A stretch of 64,000 bases of DNA, taken from Geopsychrobacteraceae bacterium. GTDB lineage: Bacteria; Desulfobacterota; Desulfuromonadia; Desulfuromonadales; Geopsychrobacteraceae. The notes under the pieces are model-generated. The model worked only from the letters and a program-made list of their open reading frames with translations, did not search any database and was not told the DNA's origin. The DNA lies in contig CAXXTB010000002.1 in the NCBI GenBank assembly GCA_963676795.2, positions 960,001 to 1,024,000 of the forward strand, read 5' to 3'. How positions within the stretch are numbered: the first letter of the stretch is position 1; the number at the start of each line of letters is the position of its first letter. Positions 45,198-57,063 of the stretch are shown one piece after another. The position numbers and the translations under genes were made by a program.

Positions 45198-47147
45198 TTA
45201 TTCCTTGTTGGTAAATGCTGTCATCAGGTCAGGGATCAGGATCTCAATCTCGGCCTGACGGAGCAGTTCCTGCAGTTTATCGTTTACGGCTTTATTCTTC
45301 TTCTGTTGCAGAACCTGGCTCTGCATCTGGTTCCTGGTCGCTTGGTCAAGTGCCGCAAAGTCGGCAACCTTTGCTTCTTTCAGAGCTGCGACAAGGCTAC
45401 GATCGTTGATATTGAAAACTTTTCCGGCTACCGGCTTCTCTTCACTCAGCGCAAACACCGCGTTGGCAAGTTCCTCCGAATTGCCGATACGGGGAATGAA
45501 GGACCCGTAACTGCGGTTGAAGTCGCCGGTCTGCTCAATGTTGAGTTTCAGCTTTTTGGCAGCGGTTTCCAGGTTGTTCGATTCAATCGCCTGGGTCAAC
45601 AGCTGGTCGGCCAGTTCCTGAACCAGGGTCTCGGCCTGGGCTGCGCGGTAGGCTTGTTCAACGGCAACCCTGACTTCGCCCAGCTCAGGCAGGCGGCTCG
45701 GCTGGCGCTCCTTGAGGGCGAAGAGGAAGACGCCGTCTCCGGTCTGGAGAGGGCGGGCCAGTTCGTTCTCCTGCAGCCTGAATGCTGCCTCGCTGATCTG
45801 ATCGTTACGGCCGATGCCGTCGATAGCTTCACCGGCGGCGAACAGGCCGGTTTCCTTGACCCCAAGATCGTTGGCCTTGGCGGCAGCGTCGAGGTCGCCG
45901 CTTTTGCGGTTGATATTGTAGGCGTCCATCGCTTTTTCGTAGGTCAGCTGGCGTGATTTTTCGCCTTTAAGGCCAGCCTTGACCTGGTCGATGACATCAG
46001 CGAGGGACTGGACGCCCGGCTCGATGTATTCGTCAACCTTGATGATGTGGAAGCCGAACTGGGTTCTGATCACCTTGCTCAGCTGGCCCGGGCGCAGGGC
46101 AAAGGCAGCGTCTTCGAATTCGGGCGCTGTCATGCCACGGCCGAAGTAGCCAAGCTCACCGCCTTGGGTGGCGTTGTTCTTGTCGTCCGAGTTTGCTTTG
46201 GCCAGAACCGCAAAGTCAGCCCCTTCGTTGAGCTGCTTGAGCAGTTTTTCGGCCAGTTCCTCGCGCTTGGTGACGGTTGCTTCGTCGGCGTCAGGCGCAA
46301 CGCGCAGCAGGATGTGGGCCGCTTTGACCTGCTCCTTGATTTCGAACTGATCGAGATTGCGCCGATAATAGCGTTCGAGGTCATCATCGCTGAAGGTCGG
46401 AACCTCGTCTTCATAACGAGCCGGATCGAACTGCAGATAGCGCAGGGCGATCTTTTCCGGAATGCGGAATTTTTCCTGGTTGGCGGTGAAATAGTCGGCA
46501 AGGCCATCGTCGGTGACTTCAACCTTGTTTTCGACCAGAGCCGGTGTCAGCCAGACGAAGTTCAGGTTGATTGAGTCGCTCGCTTCATGGAATGCGGCCT
46601 GAAGTTCCTCATCGCTCAAACTGATGTCTTTTTGCAGGGCCTGCTGGACCTTCTGGGTCAGCAGGGCGCGTTGCTGGGAATTTTCAAACTGCTCGGGAGT
46701 CAGGCGCTGGTAACTGAGAACCTCAAGATAGCGATCCCGGTTGAAGGTGCCGTCAACCTTGAAGGCATCATACTGAGCGATGTTGTCGATCAGTTCCTGG
46801 CTGCTGACGGAAACCCCGAGCTCGTCGGCCTGCTGAATGAGCAGAGCCTGCTCGACCAGCTGCTGAAGGGCCTGTTTGGGCAGGTTCAGCTGTTTTTCCA
46901 GGGTTGCATTGAAATTGCCCTGATAGATGCTCTGGTAGAGATTGTAAAGATTGCTGTATGCCGTCTGAAAGTTGTTGTAGCTGATCTCTTCTCCGTTAAC
47001 CCGCGCGGCGATATCACCGGCTTGTGGGGCCCCCTTGTCTTGCGGGGCGGTCAACATGGTGTAGCCGATGACAAAACTCAGGATGATCAAACCAAAAACG
47101 ACTTTGATTGTGACCGATTTTTGCTTGGTTCTGACAAAATCAAGCAT
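45198..47147 (-). CDS. ppiD: SurA-N/parvulin periplasmic chaperone PPIase (PpiD-like)
   Basis: N-terminal TM, SurA-N domain, KAAHILL..FAVLAKANSDD..GGELG..FGFHIIK; start moved to 47147. Confidence 0.88.
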   Translation of the reverse strand: MLDFVRTKQKSVTIKVVFGLIILSFVIGYTMLTAPQDKGAPQAGDIAARVNGEEISYNNFQTAYSNLYNLYQSIYQGNFNATLEKQLNLPKQALQQLVEQALLIQQADELGVSVSSQELIDNIAQYDAFKVDGTFNRDRYLEVLSYQRLTPEQFENSQQRALLTQKVQQALQKDISLSDEELQAAFHEASDSINLNFVWLTPALVENKVEVTDDGLADYFTANQEKFRIPEKIALRYLQFDPARYEDEVPTFSDDDLERYYRRNLDQFEIKEQVKAAHILLRVAPDADEATVTKREELAEKLLKQLNEGADFAVLAKANSDDKNNATQGGELGYFGRGMTAPEFEDAAFALRPGQLSKVIRTQFGFHIIKVDEYIEPGVQSLADVIDQVKAGLKGEKSRQLTYEKAMDAYNINRKSGDLDAAAKANDLGVKETGLFAAGEAIDGIGRNDQISEAAFRLQENELARPLQTGDGVFLFALKERQPSRLPELGEVRVAVEQAYRAAQAETLVQELADQLLTQAIESNNLETAAKKLKLNIEQTGDFNRSYGSFIPRIGNSEELANAVFALSEEKPVAGKVFNINDRSLVAALKEAKVADFAALDQATRNQMQSQVLQQKKNKAVNDKLQELLRQAEIEILIPDLMTAFTNKE

Positions 47148-47350
47148 CGCGCTTAAGACTCCTCGGGAAATGGTTGATAATAACTGTTCCGATTTCATGA
47201 AAAACAGCCTCGCATGTTAGACACCAATGCGCGTGAATGCAATCATTTTTTCTTGCTTAACGCTTGCCTAAAGATCCCTTGTTTGCTAGAGTGAGCGGGT
47301 TTTTGGAGCCGTGGAAACGGGGTTTTTCAACAGGGTACTTATTAGCCTGA

Positions 47351-48409
<1,059 letters not shown>

Positions 48410-48520
48410 TCAATCTTGATCGCCCATATTTTTCACATCGCTACGGGGGGATCTGTTCGGGTCCCCCCGTTTGCCGTTATGCCTGAATAACATCGGCATT
48501 TCTACCCAGTTGGAGCGGGG

Positions 48521-49339
48521 ATGCTTGACCTGTTTAGACGTTATCGTTTCCTTTTTCTGGCGGTTCTCCTGTTACTGGTGACCGTAATTCTCTATTCCTA
48601 TAATCTGCGCAAGAAAACGACGACGACCTTTTTCGAACGTGCCGTTCTGACCTTCGCCGCCCCCTTTCAGTCGGCCATCGATTCAACGTCCGATTCCGTC
48701 AAAGGGGTCTGGAGCAACTATATCTGGCTGGTCGACACCCGGCAGCACAACCTTGAACTCGAAAAGGAAAACGCTGAACTGCGGGCAAGGCTGAATCAGA
48801 TGAGTGAATATCGGCTCGAAAATGAGCGTCTGAAGCGTCTGCTTGCCTTTGTCGATGATCTGGATATGGCCGCACTTCCGGCGCAGGTCGTCGGTGAAGA
48901 TGCCAGCAACTGGGCGCGGACGATCATTATCGACAAGGGCACCAGCGCCGGCCTGAAAAACGGTCTGGCCGTGGTTGCGGCGGACGGTGTTGTCGGTCGG
49001 ATCATCAAGATCTCCACCAACAGTGCCCGTGTATTGCTGATCACTGATGCCTCCTCAGCTGTCGCATCGCTGGTTCAGCGCACCAGGACCCGTGGCGTTG
49101 CCCGTGGCCGGGGGGAAGACCTGTCGGTTGAATACAGTCTGCGCAGTGCCGATATCCAGGCCGGCGACCTGCTGGTGACTTCGGGGATGGGGGGGATCTT
49201 CCCCAAGGGCTTGCCGATCGGCCGGATCGAGACGGTCGAGAAGGATCAGTACGGACTTTTTCAGCGTCTTTCGGCAACGACAACAGTCGATTTTTCTCAC
49301 CTTGAAGAGGTTCTGGTTATTGTCGGGAATCCGCTATGA
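48521..49339 (+). CDS. mreC: Rod shape-determining protein MreC
   Basis: TM, coiled coil ENERLKRLL, IDKG, TSG.GGIFPKG. Confidence 0.95.
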   Translation: MLDLFRRYRFLFLAVLLLLVTVILYSYNLRKKTTTTFFERAVLTFAAPFQSAIDSTSDSVKGVWSNYIWLVDTRQHNLELEKENAELRARLNQMSEYRLENERLKRLLAFVDDLDMAALPAQVVGEDASNWARTIIIDKGTSAGLKNGLAVVAADGVVGRIIKISTNSARVLLITDASSAVASLVQRTRTRGVARGRGEDLSVEYSLRSADIQAGDLLVTSGMGGIFPKGLPIGRIETVEKDQYGLFQRLSATTTVDFSHLEEVLVIVGNPL

Positions 49340-49872
49340 GGCGCTTTTTCTTTTACCTGATTCTGGCCCTTATTTTTGCCCTGCTGCAGACCAGTGTTTT
49401 TCCACTGTTCTTTTCCCCAAACTGGCGGCCGAGCCTGATCCTGCTGCTGGTGCTTTACGTCGGCCTGCGCGAGCCGAGCCTCAGGGCCGTCGTCACCTGC
49501 CTGTTTCTCGGAGCTATCCAGGACAGTTTCTGTGGCCACAGTGTCGGCCTCTATCTGACGGTCTATCTGACCATTCTGCTGATTGTTCTGGGGCTCTCCG
49601 AACAGCTGAATATCGAGAGTTCGCCGTTGCTGCTGGCACTGGTGGTCGGAGGTACGCTGGTCGAGAACCTGCTGCTCTGGTTCTATCTGACCGTTCTGGC
49701 CGATTCTGCGCCGGCTCTGCACATTCTGCTGCCGGGCGTGCCGCAGCAGTTGATCGTCAACCTGCTTGCCGCCCTGCTGTTGCTCGCGCTGCTCGCCCGG
49801 GTCAAGCGCCTGTTCGGTTTGCGGCGGGGCTTTACCTCTCTGATTGTGGCGGGGAGAGCTCATGTCTCTTGA
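49336..49872 (+). CDS. mreD: Rod shape-determining protein MreD
   Basis: Hydrophobic 178 aa between mreC and mrdA; LLQT..P.L..G..QD. Confidence 0.9.
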   Translation: MRRFFFYLILALIFALLQTSVFPLFFSPNWRPSLILLLVLYVGLREPSLRAVVTCLFLGAIQDSFCGHSVGLYLTVYLTILLIVLGLSEQLNIESSPLLLALVVGGTLVENLLLWFYLTVLADSAPALHILLPGVPQQLIVNLLAALLLLALLARVKRLFGLRRGFTSLIVAGRAHVS

Positions 49873-51727
49873 TGGGAAGTGGTCAGATCTGCCGATAATC
49901 CAGCGCCGTTTCTTTATCTATACGCTTGCGGCGACCCTGGTCTTTGCCCTGCTGTTGTTGCGCATCTGGTATCTACAGGTTGTCAGTTATGATGATCTGC
50001 AGGAACGTTCCATCCGTAACCGGACCCGCATGCTGAGCCTGGACGCCCCGCGCGGCCCGATTTTCGACCGCAACGGCGAGTTGTTGGTCGACAGCAGACC
50101 CGCCTTCCAGATTTCGGTGATGCGTCAGGATGTTGAGGACAGGGTTCAGTTGCTACAGTCCCTGGCGGAACTGCTTGATGTCGATGTGGCTGATCTGGAG
50201 CAGCGCTGGCAGGAGGGCAGGCGTTTTCCTGTTTATCGGCCGATCCCTCTGGCCAGTGACGTCAGTCGGGAGATGATGGAGCGGGTCCAGGAGCACAGCT
50301 TTGATCTGCCCGGAGTGATTATCGAGGTGCTGCCGATTCGTGATTATCTCAACGGCGGCGAAGCGGCCCATCTGATCGGCTATCTGGGGGAAATCACTGA
50401 GGACGAGCTGCGCAGCGCCGAGTTTCTGGATTATCGCGGTGGCGATTTTGTCGGCAAAACCGCTCTGGAGCGAGCTTTTGAGCCCTATCTGCGGGGTCAT
50501 AAGGGGGAACGCCTGGTCGAGGTGGACGTTAAGGGTAAGCTGATGCGCCAGTTGCAGATGGAGTCACCGCGTCCCGGCAGCAAGGTTTACCTGACCATTG
50601 ACGAAGAGCTGCAACAGGCAGCCGGCTCGGCTTTCGGTGAGGAATCCGGAGCGGCGGTCGCCCTCGATGTCAAAACCGGCGATGTCCTGGCGATGGTCAG
50701 CCGTCCGACCTTCGATCCAGCTCTGTTTGCCAAGGGGATCGCTGCCGATGAGTGGAACGCTCTGGCCAAGGACAAACGTTTCCCTTTGCAGAATAAGGTC
50801 ATCGCTGGCCAGTATCCGCCGGGATCGACATTCAAGATGATCGTTGCTCTTGCCGCCATGCGCGAAGGGATTGCCGGGCCCGAGCACAAGGTCTATTGTG
50901 ACGGTGCTTATGAGGTTGGTGGTAGCCGTTACCGCTGCTGGAAACGTCACGGTCACGGTGAAACCGATATGATCAAGGCATTGCGCGAGAGCTGCGACGT
51001 CTGGTTTTACGAGGTTGGCCTGGAGCTGGGGATCGACAAGTTGTCGCAGGCTGCCCGGGAATTCGGTCTCGGCGCGCCGGTCGGCTATCCGCTGCCGGGT
51101 GAAAAATCCGGGGTGATGCCGAGCCAGGAATGGAAGCACGACCGCTACAACAAGCCCTGGTATGCTGGCGAGACTGTTATCGCCTCAATCGGGCAGGGCT
51201 TTGTGCTTGCGACTCCATTGCAGCTGGCGGTCATGACAGCGGCTCTGGCCAACCAGGGGAATGTATTGAAACCGAACGTGATCAGCCGGGTCGAGGATTG
51301 GGATGGCAATGTTCTGTTGCAGTCTGAACCTGAAGTGGTCCGGTCCCTCAGCTATTCACGTCAGGCCTGGGACACCGTGCGCAAGGGGATGATCCAGGTT
51401 GTAAACGATCAGCGCGGAACCGGGACCTATGCCCATCTTGAAGAGGCGACGGTTGCCGGCAAGTCGGGCACCTCGCAGGTGGTCAGAAGAAAGTCGGACG
51501 AAGAGGAGGAAGTGGAGGAAGAAGACGGAAAGATCCCTTACCGCTTTCGTCCTCATGCGCTGTTTGTCGCCTATGCACCGGCCGAAAAGCCTGAAATTGC
51601 CGTTGCGGTTGTTGTCGAGCATGGCGAGTCGGGCGGACGGGCTGCCGGACCGGTGGCCCAGAAGATCATTCAGCGCTATCTCGAACTGAAAGTGCAGCGT
51701 GCCGCACAATCCGGAGAAGAACCATGA
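49862..51727 (+). CDS. mrdA: Penicillin-binding protein 2
   Basis: PRG.I.DRNG, PGSTFK (SxxK), SCD, KSGT. Confidence 0.95.
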   Translation: MSLDGKWSDLPIIQRRFFIYTLAATLVFALLLLRIWYLQVVSYDDLQERSIRNRTRMLSLDAPRGPIFDRNGELLVDSRPAFQISVMRQDVEDRVQLLQSLAELLDVDVADLEQRWQEGRRFPVYRPIPLASDVSREMMERVQEHSFDLPGVIIEVLPIRDYLNGGEAAHLIGYLGEITEDELRSAEFLDYRGGDFVGKTALERAFEPYLRGHKGERLVEVDVKGKLMRQLQMESPRPGSKVYLTIDEELQQAAGSAFGEESGAAVALDVKTGDVLAMVSRPTFDPALFAKGIAADEWNALAKDKRFPLQNKVIAGQYPPGSTFKMIVALAAMREGIAGPEHKVYCDGAYEVGGSRYRCWKRHGHGETDMIKALRESCDVWFYEVGLELGIDKLSQAAREFGLGAPVGYPLPGEKSGVMPSQEWKHDRYNKPWYAGETVIASIGQGFVLATPLQLAVMTAALANQGNVLKPNVISRVEDWDGNVLLQSEPEVVRSLSYSRQAWDTVRKGMIQVVNDQRGTGTYAHLEEATVAGKSGTSQVVRRKSDEEEEVEEEDGKIPYRFRPHALFVAYAPAEKPEIAVAVVVEHGESGGRAAGPVAQKIIQRYLELKVQRAAQSGEEP

Positions 51728-52821
51728 TAGATCGTCGCCTGATTATCAATTTCGACTGGGTCCTGTTGCTGATCGTCATTGCTCTGGCTGGTGTCGGAAT
51801 CCTCAACCTATACAGCGCGACCCTAAGCTGGGGCGCCATGTCGGCACCACTTTATCTGAAACAGGGGCTCTGGCTGCTCGGGGGAGTGCTTATCGCCCTG
51901 TTTATCTGCCTGTTTGACTATCGTCATCTGGAATATTTCGCGACCCACTTTTATGTCCTGAGTATCGGCATGCTGGTTTTCGTGCTGACCCTCGGCCATA
52001 CCTCGATGGGGGCGACCCGCTGGATCAACCTCGGTTTTTTTAACCTGCAGCCGAGCGAGGTTATCAAGTTGGCCGTTGTCCTGGTTCTGGCCCGTATTTT
52101 TTCACGCACAGTGACGTTGCAGGGCTACAGTTTCTTTGAACTGTGGCTCCCGGCCTTTCTGATCCTTCTGCCGGTCGTCCTGATTCTCAAACAGCCCGAC
52201 TTGGGAACGGCGCTGATGGTGATCTTTATTGCCGGAAGTATGCTGTTGTTTGCCGGGGTGCGCAGAAAGACCCTGCTCGCGCTCTTTATCCTCGGGCTGA
52301 TCGCCGTTTCCGCAGGCTGGTTCGGTCTGCACGATTATCAGCGCGCACGGGTTATGACCTTCCTCAATCCGGAAGCGGACCCGCTCGGTTCAGGCTATCA
52401 TATTATCCAGTCGAAGATTGCGGTTGGCAGCGGCGGCCTGGTCGGCAAGGGGTTTGCCCAGGGGAGCCAGTCGCAGCTCTCCTTTCTGCCTGAGCGCCAC
52501 ACAGATTTCGCTTTTTCCGTTTTTGCCGAGGAATGGGGCTTTGCCGGCTGCCTGGTGCTGCTCACTTGTTATCTGTTCATGATCGCCTGGGGGCTCTATA
52601 TCGCCAGGCAGGCGTCAGATCGGTTCGGGATGTTCCTGGCTCTGGGGGTGACGGCGATGACCTTCTGGCATATCGTCGTCAATCTGGGGATGGTTATCGG
52701 CCTGCTGCCGGTTGTCGGCGTTCCGTTGCCGCTCTTCTCCTACGGTGGAACCAGTATGGTGACAACCATGATCGGGGTCGGGTTGCTGATGAATGTGAGC
52801 ATGCGGCGCTTCATGTTCTAG
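51724..52821 (+). CDS. rodA: Rod shape-determining protein RodA (SEDS family)
   Basis: GATRWI, QPSE..K, QPDLGT, PERHTDF, SYGGTS. Confidence 0.96.
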   Translation: MIDRRLIINFDWVLLLIVIALAGVGILNLYSATLSWGAMSAPLYLKQGLWLLGGVLIALFICLFDYRHLEYFATHFYVLSIGMLVFVLTLGHTSMGATRWINLGFFNLQPSEVIKLAVVLVLARIFSRTVTLQGYSFFELWLPAFLILLPVVLILKQPDLGTALMVIFIAGSMLLFAGVRRKTLLALFILGLIAVSAGWFGLHDYQRARVMTFLNPEADPLGSGYHIIQSKIAVGSGGLVGKGFAQGSQSQLSFLPERHTDFAFSVFAEEWGFAGCLVLLTCYLFMIAWGLYIARQASDRFGMFLALGVTAMTFWHIVVNLGMVIGLLPVVGVPLPLFSYGGTSMVTTMIGVGLLMNVSMRRFMF

Positions 52822-52961
52822 TTTCCGGCTCAGAAAGCGCCTTTTTCCGCCAGCTCTGCGTCAAGCCGCACAAGCGCTTGTGCGGCGTAAAGTACTACGC
52901 CTCCGCGCTTCTGCTTGGTTTCCTTGATCTGACGAAAAATTGCTGATTTGTGAGCCGGAAA
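52819..52961. mobile_element. MITE-like element of about 140 bp
   Basis: TIR TTTCCGGCTCA(G/C)AAA at 52822-52836 and 52947-52961; internal hairpin GCCGCACAAGCGCTTGTGCGGC; begins at the rodA TAG. Confidence 0.6.
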
Positions 52962-52979
52962 TCTTATCCTTCTGAGCCG

Positions 52980-54293
52980 CTATGACTCCTTCTCTGGCCT
53001 GTTGCGCAGAAAGTTCAGCCTCTCACCGATGGTTTTCTCGTAGCCGCGTTCGGTCGGCTCGTAGAAGCTGGTTCCTGCAATGGCCTTCGGCAGATAGCTT
53101 TGCTCGGCATAGCCGTCCTGGTAGTTGTGGGCGTACTTGTAGTCCTTGCCGTAGCCTAAATCCTTCATCAATTTCGTCGGGGCGTTGCGGATATGCAGCG
53201 GAACCGGCAATGCTCCGGTTTTCCTGACCTCGGCCTGGGCGGCGCCGATGGCTGCGTAGCTGGCATTGCTCTTGGGGGCGGTGGCCAGGTAGGTGACGCC
53301 GTGGGCCAGGTTGATTCGTGCTTCGGGCAGGCCGACAAAATGGACGGCCTGCTGGACGGCCAGTGCCATCTGCAGGGCACGCGGGTCGGCGTTGCCGATG
53401 TCTTCCGAAGCGAAAATGACCATCCGGCGGACAATGAACAGGGGATCTTCGCCTGCTTCGAGCATGCGTGCCAGCCAGTAGACAGCGGCATCCGGGTCGG
53501 AGCCGCGCATGCTTTTGATGAAGGCGGAGATGACATTGTAGTGTTCTTCGGCGCCTTTGTCGTAGGTCAGCGCTCTGTTCTGCAGGGCTTCCTCGACGTC
53601 GCTCTGCCTGATCTGCTGGCGTGCCGGGCAGGTTGCAGCGGCGATCTCCAGGGTGCCGAGGGCACTGCGGGCGTCGCCGTTGGCCTGGCCGGCGATAAAG
53701 TTAAGGGCCTCATCGCTGATTGTCAGCTGGCGCAGGCCGAGACCGCGCTCGTCAATAAGAGCCAGGTTGAGCAGTTCCTTGAGCTCAGCTTCGCTCAGGG
53801 GTTCCAGGACGAAAACCCGGGAACGGGAGAGCAGGGCGGAATTGACCTCGAAGCTCGGATTCTCGGTTGTTGCGCCGATCAGGGTGATTTCGCCTTTCTC
53901 GACAGCCGGCAGAAAGGCATCCTGTTGAGCCTTGTTGAAGCGATGGATTTCATCGACAAAGAGCAGGGTCTTGCGTTGGTAGTAGGCACGTTGATGCTGT
54001 GCTTCGACGATGATTTCGCGGACCTCCTTAATGCTGCCGAGCACCGCCGAGAAGAACACAAAACGGCTGCTGGTACAGTTGGCAATCACCCGTCCCAGGG
54101 TGGTCTTGCCGGTGCCTGGCGGTCCCCAGAAGATGATGGAGCTGATCTTGTCGTTTTCAATCAGTTTGCGCAGCAGTTTGTCAGGGCCGAGCAGGTGCTG
54201 CTGGCCGACGATCTCGTCAAGTGAGCGCGGACGCATTCTTTCGGCGAGGGGGGTATTGTCACTTGTCGCTGTTTTCTGTTCAAATAGATCCAT
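52980..54293 (-). CDS. rarA: Replication-associated recombination protein A (MgsA)
   Basis: PLAERMRP, WGPPGTGKTT, DEIHRFNKAQQD, GATTENP, SEDIGNADP. Confidence 0.96.
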   Translation of the reverse strand: MDLFEQKTATSDNTPLAERMRPRSLDEIVGQQHLLGPDKLLRKLIENDKISSIIFWGPPGTGKTTLGRVIANCTSSRFVFFSAVLGSIKEVREIIVEAQHQRAYYQRKTLLFVDEIHRFNKAQQDAFLPAVEKGEITLIGATTENPSFEVNSALLSRSRVFVLEPLSEAELKELLNLALIDERGLGLRQLTISDEALNFIAGQANGDARSALGTLEIAAATCPARQQIRQSDVEEALQNRALTYDKGAEEHYNVISAFIKSMRGSDPDAAVYWLARMLEAGEDPLFIVRRMVIFASEDIGNADPRALQMALAVQQAVHFVGLPEARINLAHGVTYLATAPKSNASYAAIGAAQAEVRKTGALPVPLHIRNAPTKLMKDLGYGKDYKYAHNYQDGYAEQSYLPKAIAGTSFYEPTERGYEKTIGERLNFLRNRPEKES

Positions 54294-54470
54294 ACATTGA
54301 CTCCGTCATTTTCGTCGCACCAATGTAGCATGCGGGCCTGTCGGCGACAACATTCTAAGTATCTGAATGCGATGGACTTTCGTTTTGCCTTGTGGTAATT
54401 CTCTGGGCGACTTTGAAGATAAAAAACCGTCCGTCAGGGATGTTTGAAAAAAACAGCTCAAGGTGGGGAA

Positions 54471-55325
54471 ATGCTTAAAAAAATCGGAGTTTACGCAAAA
54501 TGCGACCATCCTGACGTCGCTGAACTCGTTGAGCAGATTCGCGTGCGTTTGGATCGGGCCGCCATTGGCCTGCTGCTCGATCAGCAGGTTGCCGAGCTGA
54601 TCGGTCAGCGAGGGATCGACGGCGAGGAGCTGCCGTCTCTGGTCGATCTGATCATCGTGCTTGGCGGAGACGGGACGCTGATCTCTGTCGCGCGCCGGAT
54701 CGGCAGCCGGAATGTTCCGATTGTCGGTGTCAATCTCGGCCGTCTTGGTTTTCTGACCGAGGTGACCCGTGATGAGCTGCCGTTGCTCCTTGATGTGCTT
54801 GTCGAAGGCAAACATGTCGTTTCCGATCGGATGATGCTCGATGCGGTAATCTATCGCGATGGGGAAAACGTTGGTGAGTGTACTGCCTTAAACGATGTCA
54901 TTATCAAGAAGAAGGCCCTTGCGCGTATCCTTGACCTGGATACCCATGTCGATGGACGTCACCTGAGTTCCTTCCGGGCTGACGGACTGATCGTCTCCAC
55001 CGCGACCGGGTCGACGGGCTACAGCCTTGCGGCAGGGGGGCCGATCATCTATCCGGAATTGAACAGCCTGCTGATAACGCCGATCTGTCCGCATATGTTG
55101 ACCAATCGTCCGATTGTCGTCTGGAGCAGCTCGGTGATCGAGATCGAGGTCAAGTCGCAGAATGACGTTGTCTTCTTTACCGCTGACGGTCAGGTCGGTT
55201 TTGAGCTGATTCCCGGCGACAAGGTCGAGGTCCGGCGCTCCGATTCGCGAACCTGGCTGGTCAACAGTCCGAGCAAGGACTATTTCGAAATCCTCCGGAC
55301 CAAGCTGGGCTGGGGCGAGAGCTGA
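54471..55325 (+). CDS. nadK: NAD+ kinase
   Basis: GGDGT, GVNLGRLGFL, LND, DGLIVST.TGST.YSLAAGG. Confidence 0.95.
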   Translation: MLKKIGVYAKCDHPDVAELVEQIRVRLDRAAIGLLLDQQVAELIGQRGIDGEELPSLVDLIIVLGGDGTLISVARRIGSRNVPIVGVNLGRLGFLTEVTRDELPLLLDVLVEGKHVVSDRMMLDAVIYRDGENVGECTALNDVIIKKKALARILDLDTHVDGRHLSSFRADGLIVSTATGSTGYSLAAGGPIIYPELNSLLITPICPHMLTNRPIVVWSSSVIEIEVKSQNDVVFFTADGQVGFELIPGDKVEVRRSDSRTWLVNSPSKDYFEILRTKLGWGES

Positions 55326-55363
55326 GTCTCTCTGTTTCATCCGGCGATCTTCCTAAAGAACCT

Positions 55364-57040
55364 ATGCTGACTGATCTGATCATAAAAAATGTCGCGATTA
55401 TCGAACAGCTACATGTCTCCTTTGCTGCGGGTTTCAATGTTCTGACCGGTGAAACCGGGGCCGGCAAGTCGATTATCATCGATTCGGTCAATCTGCTGCT
55501 CGGCGGGCGGGCGCGTGGTGAGGCGATCCGGACCGGCAGCGACGAGGCCTCGGTTGAGGCTATCTTCGACCTGACCGATAATGCGCCTGTGCGTGCCCGG
55601 CTCGGGGAGATGGAGTTGGCGGCTGGGGATGAACTGATTATCCGGCGGATCATTTCCCGCTCCGGAAAGAATCGTGTTTTTGTCAACGGTACAGCTGTGC
55701 CGGTCGCCCAGTTGCGTGAGCTGGCCGAGGGGCTGGTCAATATCTACGGACAGCATGATCAGCAGAGCTTGCAGCGGCCTGAAACCCACCTCGGGCTGCT
55801 CGATCATTTTGCCGGCACAGTCCCCGAGTTGGAGACCTACGTAGCGTGCTATACCGAATTCAGCCGGTTGAAACATGAGCTTGCCGATCTGGAGAGGGCG
55901 GAGCGCAACCGACAGCAGCGCCTCGATATGCTGCAGTTTCAGCAGCAGGAACTGGCCGCGGCCGCGCTCAAGGATGGCGAGGAGCAAGAGCTTGAGCAGG
56001 AGCGCTCCCTGCTGGTGAATGCCGAAAAGCTGATGGCGGCAACCCAGGGGGGCTACGATCTGCTCTATGCCGGCCAGACTGCGGTCAGCGAAACCCTGGC
56101 CCAGGTTGCGATCCAGCTGGAAAAACTCCAGCATATTGATCCCGCGCTGGCTCCACTGGCTGAGACCTTGCGCAGCAGTCAGTATGCCCTGGAGGATGTG
56201 GCCACAGAACTGAGGAGCTATTCGGACAAACTCGATTTCGAGCCGCAGCGTCAGCAGCTGGTTGAGGAGCGTCTGACCCTGATCGCCACCCTCAAACGCA
56301 AATATGCACCCAGTGTTGCCGAGCTGCTCGCCTATCTGGATGCAATCAGCCGTGAACTCGAAACTCTAAACGATGTCGAGGGGCACAGGCAGCGCCTTGA
56401 AGCCGCCCTGCAGAAAGCTCAGCAGCAGCTGTTGGCCGCGGGACAGCAGTTAAGTCGCAAACGCGAACAGGGCGTCGCTGTTCTGTCCCGCGCCATTGAA
56501 GCAGAACTGGCCGATCTGGCGATGCCGAAAGCGCGCTTCACTATGCCGCTTGAAAAGCTCGACGAACCTGCCCCGAACGGCCTTGAGCGGGGAGAATTCT
56601 ATCTTGCGGCCAACCCGGGGGAAGAGGCTCAGCCGCTGGCGAAGATTGCCTCGGGTGGCGAATTGTCGCGGATCATGCTGGCTTTGCGGCGCAGCGCTCC
56701 GCTCGGCGATTCGGTGCGGACCCTGATCTTCGATGAGGTCGATGCCGGTATCGGCGGCGAAGCAGCGACAGCTGTCGGTGAAAAAATCAGTCGTCTCGGT
56801 CAGTCGATTCAGGTGCTCTGTGTCACCCACCTGCCACAGGTTGCCGCTTTTGCTGATCATCATTACCGGGTGGCGAAGGGGGAAAAGGCCGGCCGGACCG
56901 CAACCGAGTTGCGCCAGCTTGATAGCGAGGAGCGCGTTCAGGAGATGGCCCGTATGCTCGGTGGCGCCAAAATCGGTGAAAATACCCTGGTTCATGCGCG
57001 TGAGCTGATCGACAGTTCGCGCTCACTGCTTGTCGATTAA
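55364..57040 (+). CDS. recN: DNA repair protein RecN
   Basis: GETGAGKS, GQHD, SGGELSR, FDEVDAG, THLPQVA. Confidence 0.96.
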   Translation: MLTDLIIKNVAIIEQLHVSFAAGFNVLTGETGAGKSIIIDSVNLLLGGRARGEAIRTGSDEASVEAIFDLTDNAPVRARLGEMELAAGDELIIRRIISRSGKNRVFVNGTAVPVAQLRELAEGLVNIYGQHDQQSLQRPETHLGLLDHFAGTVPELETYVACYTEFSRLKHELADLERAERNRQQRLDMLQFQQQELAAAALKDGEEQELEQERSLLVNAEKLMAATQGGYDLLYAGQTAVSETLAQVAIQLEKLQHIDPALAPLAETLRSSQYALEDVATELRSYSDKLDFEPQRQQLVEERLTLIATLKRKYAPSVAELLAYLDAISRELETLNDVEGHRQRLEAALQKAQQQLLAAGQQLSRKREQGVAVLSRAIEAELADLAMPKARFTMPLEKLDEPAPNGLERGEFYLAANPGEEAQPLAKIASGGELSRIMLALRRSAPLGDSVRTLIFDEVDAGIGGEAATAVGEKISRLGQSIQVLCVTHLPQVAAFADHHYRVAKGEKAGRTATELRQLDSEERVQEMARMLGGAKIGENTLVHARELIDSSRSLLVD

Positions 57041-57063
57041 TTAATATTCGGAGTTTATAGACT